A stretch of 64,000 nt of DNA from a bacterium (GTDB lineage: Bacteria; UBA8248). Position numbers and translations under genes: made by a program. This document shows positions 48,147-60,347 of this stretch, one piece after another. The notes under the pieces are model-generated. The model searched no databases. It had not been told where the DNA came from and saw nothing but the letters and a program-made list of their open reading frames with translations. The stretch spans positions 960,001 to 1,024,000 of the forward strand of contig OZ242260.1 in NCBI GenBank assembly GCA_965207065.1. Direction: 5' to 3'. Each line of letters opens with the position of its first letter. The first letter of the stretch is position 1.

Positions 48147-49325
48147 TTGAGCAGACCCCTTGAGGGCATCAAAGTACTGGACCTGACCCGCCTCGTCTCG
48201 GGCGGAATGTACGGCATGCAACTGGCCGACGCCGGCGCCGATGTCGTCAAGGTCGAAGTCCCAGGACGCGGGGATACACTACGCGCATGGAACCCGTACT
48301 GGTGGAAGGTCTATGGCCGGGGAAAGAGATCCATCACTGTAGACCTCACCAAGCAACGAGGGCAGGAGCTCATCCGGAAGCTGGCGGCTGAGGCGGACGT
48401 TCTCGCAGAGAATTTTTTCGTCGGCAAACTAGAAAGCTGGGGGCTCGGGCCGGACGATCTGTGGAAGGTGAACCCGAAACTCATCGTCGTCCGGATATCC
48501 GGATGGGGGCAGGACGGGCCTTACCGCGACAGGCCGGGCTTCGGCACCCTGGTGGAGGCGATGTCGGGCTTTGCCGATATGAACGGATTTCCCGACTCCC
48601 CTCCCCTGGCTCCTCCACAGCCCCTGGCCGACATGACGGCCGCGCTCCAGGGCGTCGCCTCCACCATGTTCGCGCTCTACCACCGCGACGCTCTGGGGGG
48701 CGGCAAGGGACAGGTGATCGACCTGGCGCTTTACGAGCCGCTCTTCACGATGCTGGGTCCACAGGCGGCCCGTTATCTCATCGAAGGCAAAAAACGCCCC
48801 CGCCTGGGCAACCGCTCCGAAAACTCGGCGCCCAGAAACATCTATCCCACGAGCGACGGAAAGTGGGTGGCGATATCCGCCTCCACCCAGCCGATGTATG
48901 AGCGCCTTGCCCGCGCCCTGGAGCGCGAAGACCTCATCACCGACGAGCGGTTCAGGAACAACGAGACACGCGTCGAGTATCATGATGCGCTCGATAAAAT
49001 CGTGGCCGACGCAATAGCAAAACTTAGCTGCGACGAGAACATGGAGAGATTCAACGCGGGCGGCGTAACGGCGAGCCCCGTCTATGACATTGAAGACATT
49101 CTCTCAGATCCCCACTTTCAGGCGAGAAATCTGGTGCGCCACGTGCCGGACGCGGATTTCGGCGCCGTGCCCATGCAGGGCGCTTTTCCGAGGATGTCAG
49201 AGACGCCCCTCGACATCGCCTGGACAGGGCCGGCCCTCGGAGAGCACACCGAAAAAATTCTCGCCGAATGGCTGAGCATGGCATCCCCGGAAATCGAGCG
49301 CCTGCGAATCGAAGAAGTGCTGTAA
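48147..49325 (+). CDS. Class III (CaiB/BaiF) CoA transferase
   Basis: Motifs PLEGIKVLDL, GADVVKVE, RGKRS, SGWGQDGPY and catalytic PLAD. Confidence 0.92.
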   Translation: MSRPLEGIKVLDLTRLVSGGMYGMQLADAGADVVKVEVPGRGDTLRAWNPYWWKVYGRGKRSITVDLTKQRGQELIRKLAAEADVLAENFFVGKLESWGLGPDDLWKVNPKLIVVRISGWGQDGPYRDRPGFGTLVEAMSGFADMNGFPDSPPLAPPQPLADMTAALQGVASTMFALYHRDALGGGKGQVIDLALYEPLFTMLGPQAARYLIEGKKRPRLGNRSENSAPRNIYPTSDGKWVAISASTQPMYERLARALEREDLITDERFRNNETRVEYHDALDKIVADAIAKLSCDENMERFNAGGVTASPVYDIEDILSDPHFQARNLVRHVPDADFGAVPMQGAFPRMSETPLDIAWTGPALGEHTEKILAEWLSMASPEIERLRIEEVL

Positions 49326-49328
49326 TAG

Positions 49329-50171
49329 TCAGCCTCTGGAAAACAGAATCACCGACACCGCGGCGAATACGACGCCCACCCCTTTTCGCAGCGTTAATCT
49401 TTCTTTCAGAAAAATGATGGCGAGCACACCGGTCAACACGAAACTCAACTGGGCGATGGGCGCCACGACGACCGCCTCGCCATAGGTGAAACCCACGGCG
49501 ATGGCCACATAACTCGAAGAGGTGAGCACGCCGCACACGAAGGGGAGCCAGAGCGGTACGCCACCCCTGGGCAACGGGTCTTTTTGCAGGAGCACGTAGG
49601 GTACGGCCATGCAGAAGACGCCCACGCTCTGCATCGCCGTCATCATGGCGGGTTTGGCTCCCATGCCGAGTCCCAGCTTGTAGAACAACCCGATGACGCC
49701 GAACATGCACATGGCGCCAATCGCCAAGCCGACGGAACGCTTATTCCCGACGGACGCCGTCACACCGCTGCCGCCCGCCGTCACGGCGAGAGCCGCCAAA
49801 ACCAGAGCGAGGCCCTTGATGAGATTGACACTCTCGCCCAGGAAAAAAATCGTAAGGGCGGCCGTAACCGCGAAATTCAGGCGGACGATCGGCACGAGCG
49901 CCACCGCCTCGCCCCGCCGCAGGGCGAGCAAAACGAATAAAAACGCGGTGAACGCCAATATCCCGTTGATGAAGCCAAAGGCGAGGCCCGGATTCCAGAG
50001 CAACTCGTCGCGATAGTAGGCCAGGCCGAATGCGTTGGGCAGATACGCCATGTTTTGCAGAAACATGAAGGGCCCGCTTCGCATATCCCATTGCTGGCCC
50101 CATTTATAGAGAAAGTCATTGACGCCGAGAAAGCACAACGACATAAGCGCGAAGATGACTTCGGGCGGCAT
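49329..50171 (-). CDS. DMT/EamA family transporter
   Basis: Two EamA repeats, with GEAVALVP, FLGES and FLKERLT motifs. Confidence 0.85.
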   Translation of the reverse strand: MPPEVIFALMSLCFLGVNDFLYKWGQQWDMRSGPFMFLQNMAYLPNAFGLAYYRDELLWNPGLAFGFINGILAFTAFLFVLLALRRGEAVALVPIVRLNFAVTAALTIFFLGESVNLIKGLALVLAALAVTAGGSGVTASVGNKRSVGLAIGAMCMFGVIGLFYKLGLGMGAKPAMMTAMQSVGVFCMAVPYVLLQKDPLPRGGVPLWLPFVCGVLTSSSYVAIAVGFTYGEAVVVAPIAQLSFVLTGVLAIIFLKERLTLRKGVGVVFAAVSVILFSRG

Positions 50172-50481
50172 ACGCGACTCCCCGGCGCGGACGTCCCTGC
50201 CCGCCACGCATAACTCTTGGCTGATGGGGGGATGAAAGCGCCCTCGATTCAGGGAAGCTTCAAAGGGCAGGCTTCAAAACCGAAAAAATGATACGGCCCC
50301 CACCCCGGCGTGTCAACGGAATGAATGACGGCGAATTACTCCATATTCCGTAATACGACCGGCTTGGCGTAACCTTTGGGGCGTAAAACATGCTATCTTG
50401 GAGTTCATAGGCCAGACAAAATCGTTACAATCCAAAATACTGAGTGTTTTTCTGTCATCTTTCAACAAAGGAGCCGAGGGA

Positions 50482-50946
50482 TTGGGTCGTGAATATCCGC
50501 TTCGCCCGATTGTCGGCGTAGGGGCCATCATCCTCGAAAACGAAAACGTCCTCATCGTCCGCCGGGGACAACCTCCCAAAATGGGCGCCTGGAGTATTCC
50601 AGGCGGCGGCGTCCACCTGGGAGAAGACCTCGAAGAAGCCTGTATGCGGGAGGTCAAGGAAGAAACCGGCCTGGATGTAGAAATTCTCTCTGAAGGCAGA
50701 GTATTGAACCGCGTTACCAGGGACGAATGGGGGCGCGTGCAATTTCATTATGTGCTAATCGACTTTGTGTGTCAGCCCACCGGGGGCGTGCTTGGGGCGG
50801 CGAGCGATATTTCGGAAGCCAAGTGGGTTCCGTTAAGCGAGGTATCCACCATGCGTCCGATGACGAGTGGAACGGCGGAATTCATACTGGAATCGGTCGC
50901 CGCGCTTAACCAATTGTCGCGGTGGAAATATCGAGAAATCACATGA
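50482..50946 (+). CDS. NUDIX hydrolase
   Basis: Nudix box GGGVHLGEDLEEACMREVKEETGL, plus PIVGVG and FHYVLIDF. Confidence 0.92.
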   Translation: MGREYPLRPIVGVGAIILENENVLIVRRGQPPKMGAWSIPGGGVHLGEDLEEACMREVKEETGLDVEILSEGRVLNRVTRDEWGRVQFHYVLIDFVCQPTGGVLGAASDISEAKWVPLSEVSTMRPMTSGTAEFILESVAALNQLSRWKYREIT

Positions 50947-51665
50947 ATGACTGCACAGAAAAAAAACCACCGAATCAACAACTCGCCGCTTTGTTTTTAC
51001 GTCTCGCCGCACGTGAACTCCAAACGCCCGCCTCTCACCTGAAAAGCAGATTTCTCGCCCTGGCCGAGGAATCAGACCCCTGGAAGGCGCGTGAGGAGAT
51101 TCGGGAATTATCCGAGAACATGCATCTTTTAAGCCGCCTCATCGAAACGCTCTCCGACGCCGCCGACATCGAAACGCAGCATGTAACCCTGGAGAACGCC
51201 GAAATTAATCTCGCGCACCTTTTCAGCGAGCGCATCGGCAAGCGGTTGTGGAGTTTTCCATCTTTTCGGTTTTTACCTGAACTACCGCCTCGGCTCGATA
51301 TATACGGCGACAGGACGAGGCTCACTTTTCTTATCGATGATCTGCTGGACGCGTCCATCCACATTGCGCCCGAGGGCGGCATCATCCACGCATTTCTAAT
51401 GAGAGAAAACGACCGTATCTTTTTATCGACCACCAACCGCGACGCGGAAATTCCGCCTTTTTGTTTCGATTCGTTCATCGACTGGATGGCGAAAGACCTT
51501 GAAAATCCGGGCGCGCTTCAGGGAATCGGAATCGGTCTCTATCGAAGCCATCTCACCGCCCTTATCCTGGGTGGGCGCCTGGATATCACGTCACCTCCCG
51601 AGGGTGGCGCATCTTTCAGAGTAGAGTTTCCCGTTCATCATACACAACAATCCGATCTTCCATAG
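50943..51665 (+). CDS. Degenerate histidine-kinase-like protein (HisKA + HATPase fold, no phospho-His)
   Basis: ARELQTP, GDRTRL...DDLLDA, GIGIGL, LGGRL and GASFRVEFP. ATGA overlap with NUDIX. Confidence 0.7.
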   Translation: MNDCTEKKPPNQQLAALFLRLAARELQTPASHLKSRFLALAEESDPWKAREEIRELSENMHLLSRLIETLSDAADIETQHVTLENAEINLAHLFSERIGKRLWSFPSFRFLPELPPRLDIYGDRTRLTFLIDDLLDASIHIAPEGGIIHAFLMRENDRIFLSTTNRDAEIPPFCFDSFIDWMAKDLENPGALQGIGIGLYRSHLTALILGGRLDITSPPEGGASFRVEFPVHHTQQSDLP

Positions 51666-51677
51666 GAATACATCTAC

Positions 51678-52751
51678 ATGACTGAGAAGAAGCGAATTTC
51701 CGAAGAAGCGCTCGTTCGTTTCGCAACGAAAATCATCATGGCCTTGGGGGCTCCCGAGGAGCGCGCCAGGGTGACGGCGGAAATCCTCACAGCGGCGGAT
51801 ATGCGCGGTATTTCGAGCCACGGCGTGGCGGGCGGGACGGGATTGCGCGAACTCGTCGAGCGCATCCGAAAAGACGCCATCGACCCAAAAGCCATTCCGA
51901 GCGTCAAGCAAAATGAAAACTGGGCCGTCGCCACCATGGATGCGAAAGCCGGCATCGGCCCCGCGGCAGCGATGGATGCGACCCGCCTCGCAGGAGATTT
52001 GGCGGAAAAATACGGCATCGGAAAAGTGTATGTGCACAACGCGAATCATTTCGGGGCGGCGTGCGTCTATGTCGAGGCGCTCACCGAGCGGGGTCTGGCC
52101 GGACGCGCCACATGCACCTCCGGCGCCTGGATGAAGCCTTTCGGGGGAAACAGGATCCGCCTGGGCACGAACCCCATTGCCTGGGGAGCGCCCGCGGGGG
52201 ATCAGGCCATCGTCATCGACGTGGCTATGACTCAGCGCGCCGTGAGTCCTGCCATTCGCGCCAGCCGCGCGGGAGAAGAGATACCGCCCGATTATTTCCT
52301 TCATGAAAACGGAGAGGTCATGTCCGGGCGCGTAGCGTATGACGAACTTATCAAAGGCTCCGTGCTTCCTTTGGGGGGAACGCAATTCGGCTATAAGGGT
52401 TCCGGTCTCGCCGTGTTGATCGATTTGGACGGCGTCATCGGCGGCGGCTCGACACAACACATTCCGACGCTGCGCGTCCAACCCGATGCCCGCATCACCC
52501 AGACGATAGAGGCCTGGAGGCTGGACGCGCTCTATCCCCTGGAAGATGTGAAGAAGCGACTGGCCGAGGCGGTGCGTGACATCAAAAGCTGCGGGGGGCC
52601 GGAAATGTTGCTTCCCGGAGAGCGCGAGGCCCGGAATAAAACGGACGCGGAAAAATACGGCATCCCCTATGAAGCCAGCCAGTGGGAAGCGCTCGACATG
52701 ATAGGGGGCTGGCTGGGGGTCGAGCCGCCAGCAGCCATGCAGGAGTTGTGA
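51678..52751 (+). CDS. Ldh_2 (malate/L-lactate/sulfolactate dehydrogenase) family oxidoreductase
   Basis: Motifs ADMRGISSHG, NHFG, GTNPIA, GYKGSGL and LPGERE. Confidence 0.9.
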   Translation: MTEKKRISEEALVRFATKIIMALGAPEERARVTAEILTAADMRGISSHGVAGGTGLRELVERIRKDAIDPKAIPSVKQNENWAVATMDAKAGIGPAAAMDATRLAGDLAEKYGIGKVYVHNANHFGAACVYVEALTERGLAGRATCTSGAWMKPFGGNRIRLGTNPIAWGAPAGDQAIVIDVAMTQRAVSPAIRASRAGEEIPPDYFLHENGEVMSGRVAYDELIKGSVLPLGGTQFGYKGSGLAVLIDLDGVIGGGSTQHIPTLRVQPDARITQTIEAWRLDALYPLEDVKKRLAEAVRDIKSCGGPEMLLPGEREARNKTDAEKYGIPYEASQWEALDMIGGWLGVEPPAAMQEL

Positions 52752-52822
52752 TCCGCCAGACCTACAATCTGCAGGGTATCGGTTACAGAACGGCGGTCTG
52801 AGCCGCATCCGCAAATTATCCC

Positions 52823-54082
52823 CTAGACGTTTTTCTCCACGCGAACGGTTCCTATCTGCCGTTCGTTCGCTGATTGCACGGTGAGGGTCCAATCCTCCAA
52901 AGATATGTGATCCCCTTCTTTCGGGATCCGCTCGAACCGCTCCAGGAGATAGCCGGACAACGTTTCGTAGTCCCCATCGGGCACGGGCAACTTGAGCTGC
53001 TCGCGCACGTCCTCGACCTCCATGCGCGCATCGACCAAAAATTGATCCTCACCCAAGTTGTGGAACAGGCGGACCTCGTCGACGTCATATTCATCGGCGA
53101 TGTCGCCCACGATCTCCTCTACCAAATCCTCCATGGTCACAATGCCGGTACAGGCCCCGTATTCATCCACCACAACGGCCATTTTGTCCTTTCTGCTCAT
53201 CAACTCATCAAGCAGGCTATCGGCCGGCTTCGTCTCCGGCACAATATATACTCTTCGGATGAGACCATCCTTATCCTTCAGGCGTCCCGCAGCATCCGCC
53301 CCAAGTCCGAGAATGTCCTTCGCGTGAACGACGCCGACAATATGGTGCAGGTTTTCCCTATAGATCAGGATCCTTGAGTGGCCGTCGTTCTCGATAGTTG
53401 AGATTACCTCCTCCACCGTGCTCTCCTCGTCCACCGCCGAGAGATCCACGATGGGCACCAACACGTTTTCCATGTCCAAATCGCCGAACGTGAAGATGCG
53501 ACCGATCATCTGGCGCTCCAGAACCTGCACGTCCCCATCGCTTTGCTCTTCCATGAGGGATTCGAGTTCCTGCCGGGTGACGAACGGAGTGCTCTCTCCG
53601 TTTCGTTTCCCCAACCCCACAACGGTACCGATGAGCATGCTGATCAGCCACACCAGGGGATACACGATCAGTCTGGCGCCCCAAACGACGCGCGCCAGCA
53701 AAGGAGCGAGCACATCGGCGCGAGCCTGGCAATATCCCTTGGGAACCACCTCGCCGAACACAACGAGCAGCGGAATCACCAGGGCGATCGAGAGCGCCTC
53801 GCCGTATGCAGGACCCACAAAATTGATGGCCGTGATGGTGGCGAGAGAAACATTCGTCACGAAACTTGCGTTATGACAGGTGAGAATCGTGCCCATGAGC
53901 CATTCGGGCTTTTCCAAAAGCTCCAGGGCGAGTGAAGCGCCCCGGTTCCCCTCCTCCGCCTTGGCCCTCAAGCGGGCGCGGTCCGCGGAAACGATTGCGA
54001 TCTCCGCACCCGAGAACAAAGCTTCCGCCAGGAGAAGAATCACTCCGATGATTATGACGGTGGACAGGTCCAATTCAGGCAT
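52823..54082 (-). CDS. CNNM/CorB-like (hemolysin family) protein with CBS and CorC domains
   Basis: Motifs FSGAEIA, FGEVVPK, HSRI and VDEYG...TMEDLVEEIVG. Confidence 0.9.
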   Translation of the reverse strand: MPELDLSTVIIIGVILLLAEALFSGAEIAIVSADRARLRAKAEEGNRGASLALELLEKPEWLMGTILTCHNASFVTNVSLATITAINFVGPAYGEALSIALVIPLLVVFGEVVPKGYCQARADVLAPLLARVVWGARLIVYPLVWLISMLIGTVVGLGKRNGESTPFVTRQELESLMEEQSDGDVQVLERQMIGRIFTFGDLDMENVLVPIVDLSAVDEESTVEEVISTIENDGHSRILIYRENLHHIVGVVHAKDILGLGADAAGRLKDKDGLIRRVYIVPETKPADSLLDELMSRKDKMAVVVDEYGACTGIVTMEDLVEEIVGDIADEYDVDEVRLFHNLGEDQFLVDARMEVEDVREQLKLPVPDGDYETLSGYLLERFERIPKEGDHISLEDWTLTVQSANERQIGTVRVEKNV

Positions 54083-55346
54083 CCTCCCGTCTTCGCACTC
54101 GCACTTGAAGGACGCGAGAACCACTCGTCTCGGTCACCGTGAATTCCACGTTCCCCAGGCGAACCCGTTCATTCAGCGAGGGCACATGGCCCAGCAACGT
54201 GAAGACGGCACCGCCCAGCGTGTTCGCCTCCTCGTAGTCGGGAAGCTCCCAGCCGCTCACCGCCGAGAATTCAGCCAAGGGAACGCGGCCCTGGCACAGG
54301 TATGAATCCTCCCCTTCCTGTGTAATCCAGGTTTCCTCAACCTCTTCGTGTTCGTCTTTGATTTCGCCGAAAATCTGCTCAAGCAGATCCGTCATCGACA
54401 CCAGTCCGAGAGTGCCGCCGAATTCATCCTGAACGATGGCGACGTGGGTACGCTCATGTCGAAACCGCCGGAACAAGCGGTCGAGCTTCATGCCGCCCGG
54501 GACTACGAGGGGGGGGCGCAGCATCTTTTCCGTCAAACGTTCCTCGGGGCCGAAGTTCTTTCGCCCCGCCTGGCGCAGAAAGTCCTTGATATACAAGATG
54601 CCCACTATCTGATCCCTGTCTCGCTGAAAAATAGGGATCCGTGAATGCGTCGTTGTACGGATGCGAGCGATCATTTCGGCGACGGGCAATCCCATCTCCC
54701 AACACTCCAGATCCGTGCGGGGCACCGCCACCTCGGCCACGGTTCTGTCGTGAAAGCCGAAAACATTGTGAATGAGTTCGCGCTCGCCCTCCTGGAGTTC
54801 GCCTTCGGCATGGCCTGCGTCCACGAGATGCAGGAATTCGTCTTCCATGAGAATGCTCTGCGGATCGCGAGAGGGCGCTCCCATCAACGAGAGTACGCCG
54901 TTCGCCACCTGTAAAAAGACCCACCGCAAAGGAGAGACAATGCGTGCGAATCCGGATATGGGATATGCCAGGAGTCGAGAAAACCGCTCCGGATACCGGG
55001 CCGCCAGGGATTTGGGCGTGATCTCGCCGAAGACCATGAGCAGAGGCGTCATGAATACGGGTGCGAGCCACCTCTTTTCTGGCTCCAGGTAAGCCACCAC
55101 AACGCCTGTGAACAGTGCCGAGGAGGCGATGTTCACGATTTCGTTGCCCATCAATATGGAGGTGATCAACCGACGGGGTCTGTCCAGAAGGTCGGATATC
55201 CTCTCTCCCATGCCGCCTTCCCGGCGCATGGCGCGCACCCTGGGACGCGGGAGAGAGAAAAGCGCCGTCTCACTGGCCGAGAATCCGGCGGAGCAAAGCA
55301 TGAGGAAAACGAAGGCGACAAACCGGAAGAGCAGGTCGGCATCCAT
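54075..55346 (-). CDS. CNNM/CorB-like (hemolysin family) protein, second paralog
   Basis: Motifs FSASETALFSL, FGEITPK, HSRIP and DEFGG...DLLEQIFG. Confidence 0.9.
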   Translation of the reverse strand: MDADLLFRFVAFVFLMLCSAGFSASETALFSLPRPRVRAMRREGGMGERISDLLDRPRRLITSILMGNEIVNIASSALFTGVVVAYLEPEKRWLAPVFMTPLLMVFGEITPKSLAARYPERFSRLLAYPISGFARIVSPLRWVFLQVANGVLSLMGAPSRDPQSILMEDEFLHLVDAGHAEGELQEGERELIHNVFGFHDRTVAEVAVPRTDLECWEMGLPVAEMIARIRTTTHSRIPIFQRDRDQIVGILYIKDFLRQAGRKNFGPEERLTEKMLRPPLVVPGGMKLDRLFRRFRHERTHVAIVQDEFGGTLGLVSMTDLLEQIFGEIKDEHEEVEETWITQEGEDSYLCQGRVPLAEFSAVSGWELPDYEEANTLGGAVFTLLGHVPSLNERVRLGNVEFTVTETSGSRVLQVRVRRREDA

Positions 55347-55422
55347 CAGTCTATGCCCCCCGGCTGAAGTTGGTGAAATTGTATCCGCCCAGGAGGTTCG
55401 GGGTCGGGCGCAGGTTCTTCCG

Positions 55423-56304
55423 CTACCATGAGGCCGTCAATCTCCTTAAATAATCCTGAAATGCGGGGCCGATATCCTCGCGGTCCAATGCGAACTCGAC
55501 CGTCGCCTCCAAAAAACCAAGTTTATCACCTGCGTCAAATCGCTTTCCCTCATACTCATAGGCGTAAAGCCGGGTATGATCCAGAAGAACCCGCAACCCG
55601 TCGGTGAGTTGAATCTCTCCTTTCGCATCCGGTCTCACGCTTTCGAGGGCCGAGAAAATCTCGGGCGGCAAAACGTAGCGGCCGATAATGGCGATATCCG
55701 AGGGCGCATCTTCCGGTTTTGGTTTTTCCACCATCCCTTTTAGCGGCGTGAGGCCCGGGACGGGCGAGGGCTCGCCGGAAGGCTCGATGACGCCGTATTT
55801 TGAGAGTGCGTGTTTTTCTACCCGCAAGCCCGCGATCACGCCGCCGCCATGCGCCTCGAACACGCGAACCAACTGACCGATGGCCGGCACTTCACTCCTG
55901 ATGACGTCATCGGACAATATGACGGCGAAAGGCTCATCCCCCACGGCCGGCTTCGCGCACAAGATCGCATGGCCCAGACCCAGAGGACGCTTTTGGCGGA
56001 TGGACGTAATGCGCGCTTTTCGCGATATTTCCTCCACCACGGCCAACAGTCTCTCCTCACCCCTGTCGCGCAAATAAGACTCCACCTCGAACGCGACATC
56101 GAAGTGGTCCACCATCGAAACCTTTCCGCGTCCGGTGATGAAGACGATCTCCTCGATACCGGCGTCCAGAGCTTCCTGCACGCCGATCTGGATTTGCGGA
56201 ATGTCTACGATGGGAAGCATCTCTTTCGGGATCACCTTGGTGGCGGGTAAAAACCGCGTGCCGAACCCCGCCACAGGGAAAACTGCCTTGCGAACCCGGC
56301 TCAT
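55423..56304 (-). CDS. galU: UTP-glucose-1-phosphate uridylyltransferase
   Basis: Motifs KAVFPVAGFGTRFLPATK, VEKP, GRY and GEIQLTD. Confidence 0.95.
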   Translation of the reverse strand: MSRVRKAVFPVAGFGTRFLPATKVIPKEMLPIVDIPQIQIGVQEALDAGIEEIVFITGRGKVSMVDHFDVAFEVESYLRDRGEERLLAVVEEISRKARITSIRQKRPLGLGHAILCAKPAVGDEPFAVILSDDVIRSEVPAIGQLVRVFEAHGGGVIAGLRVEKHALSKYGVIEPSGEPSPVPGLTPLKGMVEKPKPEDAPSDIAIIGRYVLPPEIFSALESVRPDAKGEIQLTDGLRVLLDHTRLYAYEYEGKRFDAGDKLGFLEATVEFALDREDIGPAFQDYLRRLTASW

Positions 56305-56392
56305 GAGAAGGTTCCCATGAAAAAAAAGATGTGTCGATGCGCGTGAATACGTGACATTTGCCTTAGATCATAGAAAAAGGAACAAACGAAGG

Positions 56393-58501
<2,109 letters not shown>

Positions 58502-58509
58502 CTAGGCAC

Positions 58510-59499
58510 CTAAAGCGAATCGAGGCGTTTTCGGGCGGTGGAAGCAGCGCTCGAATCCGGATATTTGGCAATCACCTGGCCAAGCAACTCCCGGGCGCTC
58601 GCGCGATCATCTATGTTCAAAAACGAGAGCGCCTCCAGAAGAAGCGCCTCCGGCGCCTTGTCCCCGTTGGCGTAATCAACCTGCACCTTGTTGAACGCCA
58701 GGATAGCGCGCTCAAAATTCTTCTCCTGATAATAGGACTGCCCTATCCAGTACTGCGCATCATCCGCCAATTCATGCGTGGGATATTCGGATATGAATCC
58801 ATTCAGCAGACCACGCGCCTTTGAGAAATTTCTCTCATCGCGCAAGACGCGAATGGCCCGGGTATAGTCCTCTTCGGGATCCGGAGGCATCGGCACAGGC
58901 GCAGTCTGCGGGGGTCGATTCACGGGCTCTTCGGGTATGACGGCGATGCGCTCGCCCTCGGCAGGCAGGCCCACGGCTTGAGCGTTCCGGTTTTGCGGAA
59001 AGCCTGCGGTTGCAATCCGCCCGTCGGCGGGTGGAACGCCTACAGGAGGCATCCGCGACGCCCCGCCCACCGGCGTTACGACAACCTCCACTTTTTTCTC
59101 CGCAACCACCAGGGCAGCCTTTGAGCGCAGCAGGCTCACCTCTTTTTCGAGTTTACCGATTCTCTCTTGCAGTTTCGCGATTGTTTTTCCGGCTTCATCG
59201 AGAGATTTTTCGGAATCCTTGCGCGCGCGCTCGACCTCGTCCGTGACCCCCTGAATGGCCTCGCGCGCTTCTTCGATACGCTGCTCCTGATTTCGCATCC
59301 CGCGTCTGAGGCCTTTGAGATTCTCCTCGATAGCCGCAACGTCGACCGATGGATTCTGAATCTGAGCCGGCGGCGCAGGGGGAGGCGACGATCCCGTCGG
59401 GCCCTCAATCGGAATATCCGCATCCGGGCAACCGAGCAGGACAAAAGACAGCGCCACCAACATGATAGGCTTAAGTCTGGATGCCTTGAAAGTTTTCAT
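58510..59499 (-). CDS. cpoB: Tol-Pal associated TPR lipoprotein CpoB/YbgF
   Basis: Lipobox LLGC, coiled coil, and TPRs (DDAQYWIG, KAPEALL, YPDS). Lies downstream of pal. Confidence 0.88.
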   Translation of the reverse strand: MKTFKASRLKPIMLVALSFVLLGCPDADIPIEGPTGSSPPPAPPAQIQNPSVDVAAIEENLKGLRRGMRNQEQRIEEAREAIQGVTDEVERARKDSEKSLDEAGKTIAKLQERIGKLEKEVSLLRSKAALVVAEKKVEVVVTPVGGASRMPPVGVPPADGRIATAGFPQNRNAQAVGLPAEGERIAVIPEEPVNRPPQTAPVPMPPDPEEDYTRAIRVLRDERNFSKARGLLNGFISEYPTHELADDAQYWIGQSYYQEKNFERAILAFNKVQVDYANGDKAPEALLLEALSFLNIDDRASARELLGQVIAKYPDSSAASTARKRLDSL

Positions 59500-59500
59500 G

Positions 59501-59543
59501 AAGAAAAACTCCCCGGCGGCATTCGCCGACGGGGAGTCCTTTT
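59501..59543 (-). terminator. Intrinsic terminator-like hairpin after pal
   Basis: Stem ACTCCCCG (59508-59515) / CGGGGAGT (59530-59537), followed on the minus strand by TTTTCTT. Confidence 0.65.
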
Positions 59544-59567
59544 CCGATGCGCAGGACAGCCTGGCGA

Positions 59568-60158
59568 CTAATTCATTTCCGCCGGAATGCCGCCGATGAT
59601 GTTGAACTTCGCTCGCCGGTTTTTGGCCCATCCCGCTTCGTTGGAGCTCGAATCGGCCGGACGCTCCTCGCCATAGCTCACCGTATCGACCCGGGATGCC
59701 TTGACGCCAAGCGAGGCGAGATAATCCTTGGAGCTCTGCGAGCGCCTGTGCCCGAGCGCGATGTTGTATTCCACCGTGCCGCGCTCGTCGCAATGTCCTT
59801 CAATCTGCACCCGAAGGCTGGGATACTCTTGCAGGAAGCGGGCCTTGGTATCCAGGATCGCGCGCATATCGGAGCGGATTTCCGATTTATCGAAATCGAA
59901 GTACACCAGATCGTTTTCAAACTTGGCCAACGAAAGCTTGAAAGCGGCGCGCTTGCGACGACGCTCCGCCTCCGTCACGTCCATTTCTTTTTTCATCACG
60001 GGTTTAGGGGCCGGCTTTTTTCTCACCATGGGAGCCGGTGGTTTGGGCGGCGGCAGTTCTTCGGTTTCCACCGTTTGTTTCACGCAACCTACGGCGAACA
60101 CGAGCATCACGCCCATCAAAAAGGATTGAAAAGATTGAATACGGCCCGATAACAACAT
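59568..60158 (-). CDS. pal: Peptidoglycan-associated lipoprotein
   Basis: Lipobox AVGC, VYFDFDKS, EGHCDERGT, SYGEERP and KNRR. Confidence 0.95.
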   Translation of the reverse strand: MLLSGRIQSFQSFLMGVMLVFAVGCVKQTVETEELPPPKPPAPMVRKKPAPKPVMKKEMDVTEAERRRKRAAFKLSLAKFENDLVYFDFDKSEIRSDMRAILDTKARFLQEYPSLRVQIEGHCDERGTVEYNIALGHRRSQSSKDYLASLGVKASRVDTVSYGEERPADSSSNEAGWAKNRRAKFNIIGGIPAEMN

Positions 60159-60347
60159 GCAGACATCCCCCTCGGAGTCTCTGGTTCGTATATGTTCAGA
60201 GCGAGAAGCGCGTAATACTACGGAGCGGAGTCTCTTCTCCCTCTTCATTCATTCACAGACATTCGCAAGCGAAGTATAAAGGGCGGATGCGCGATGAGCA
60301 AGTACATTTCTCTCTTTTTCGAGAGATATTTCCCGTTTTTCAGTATT

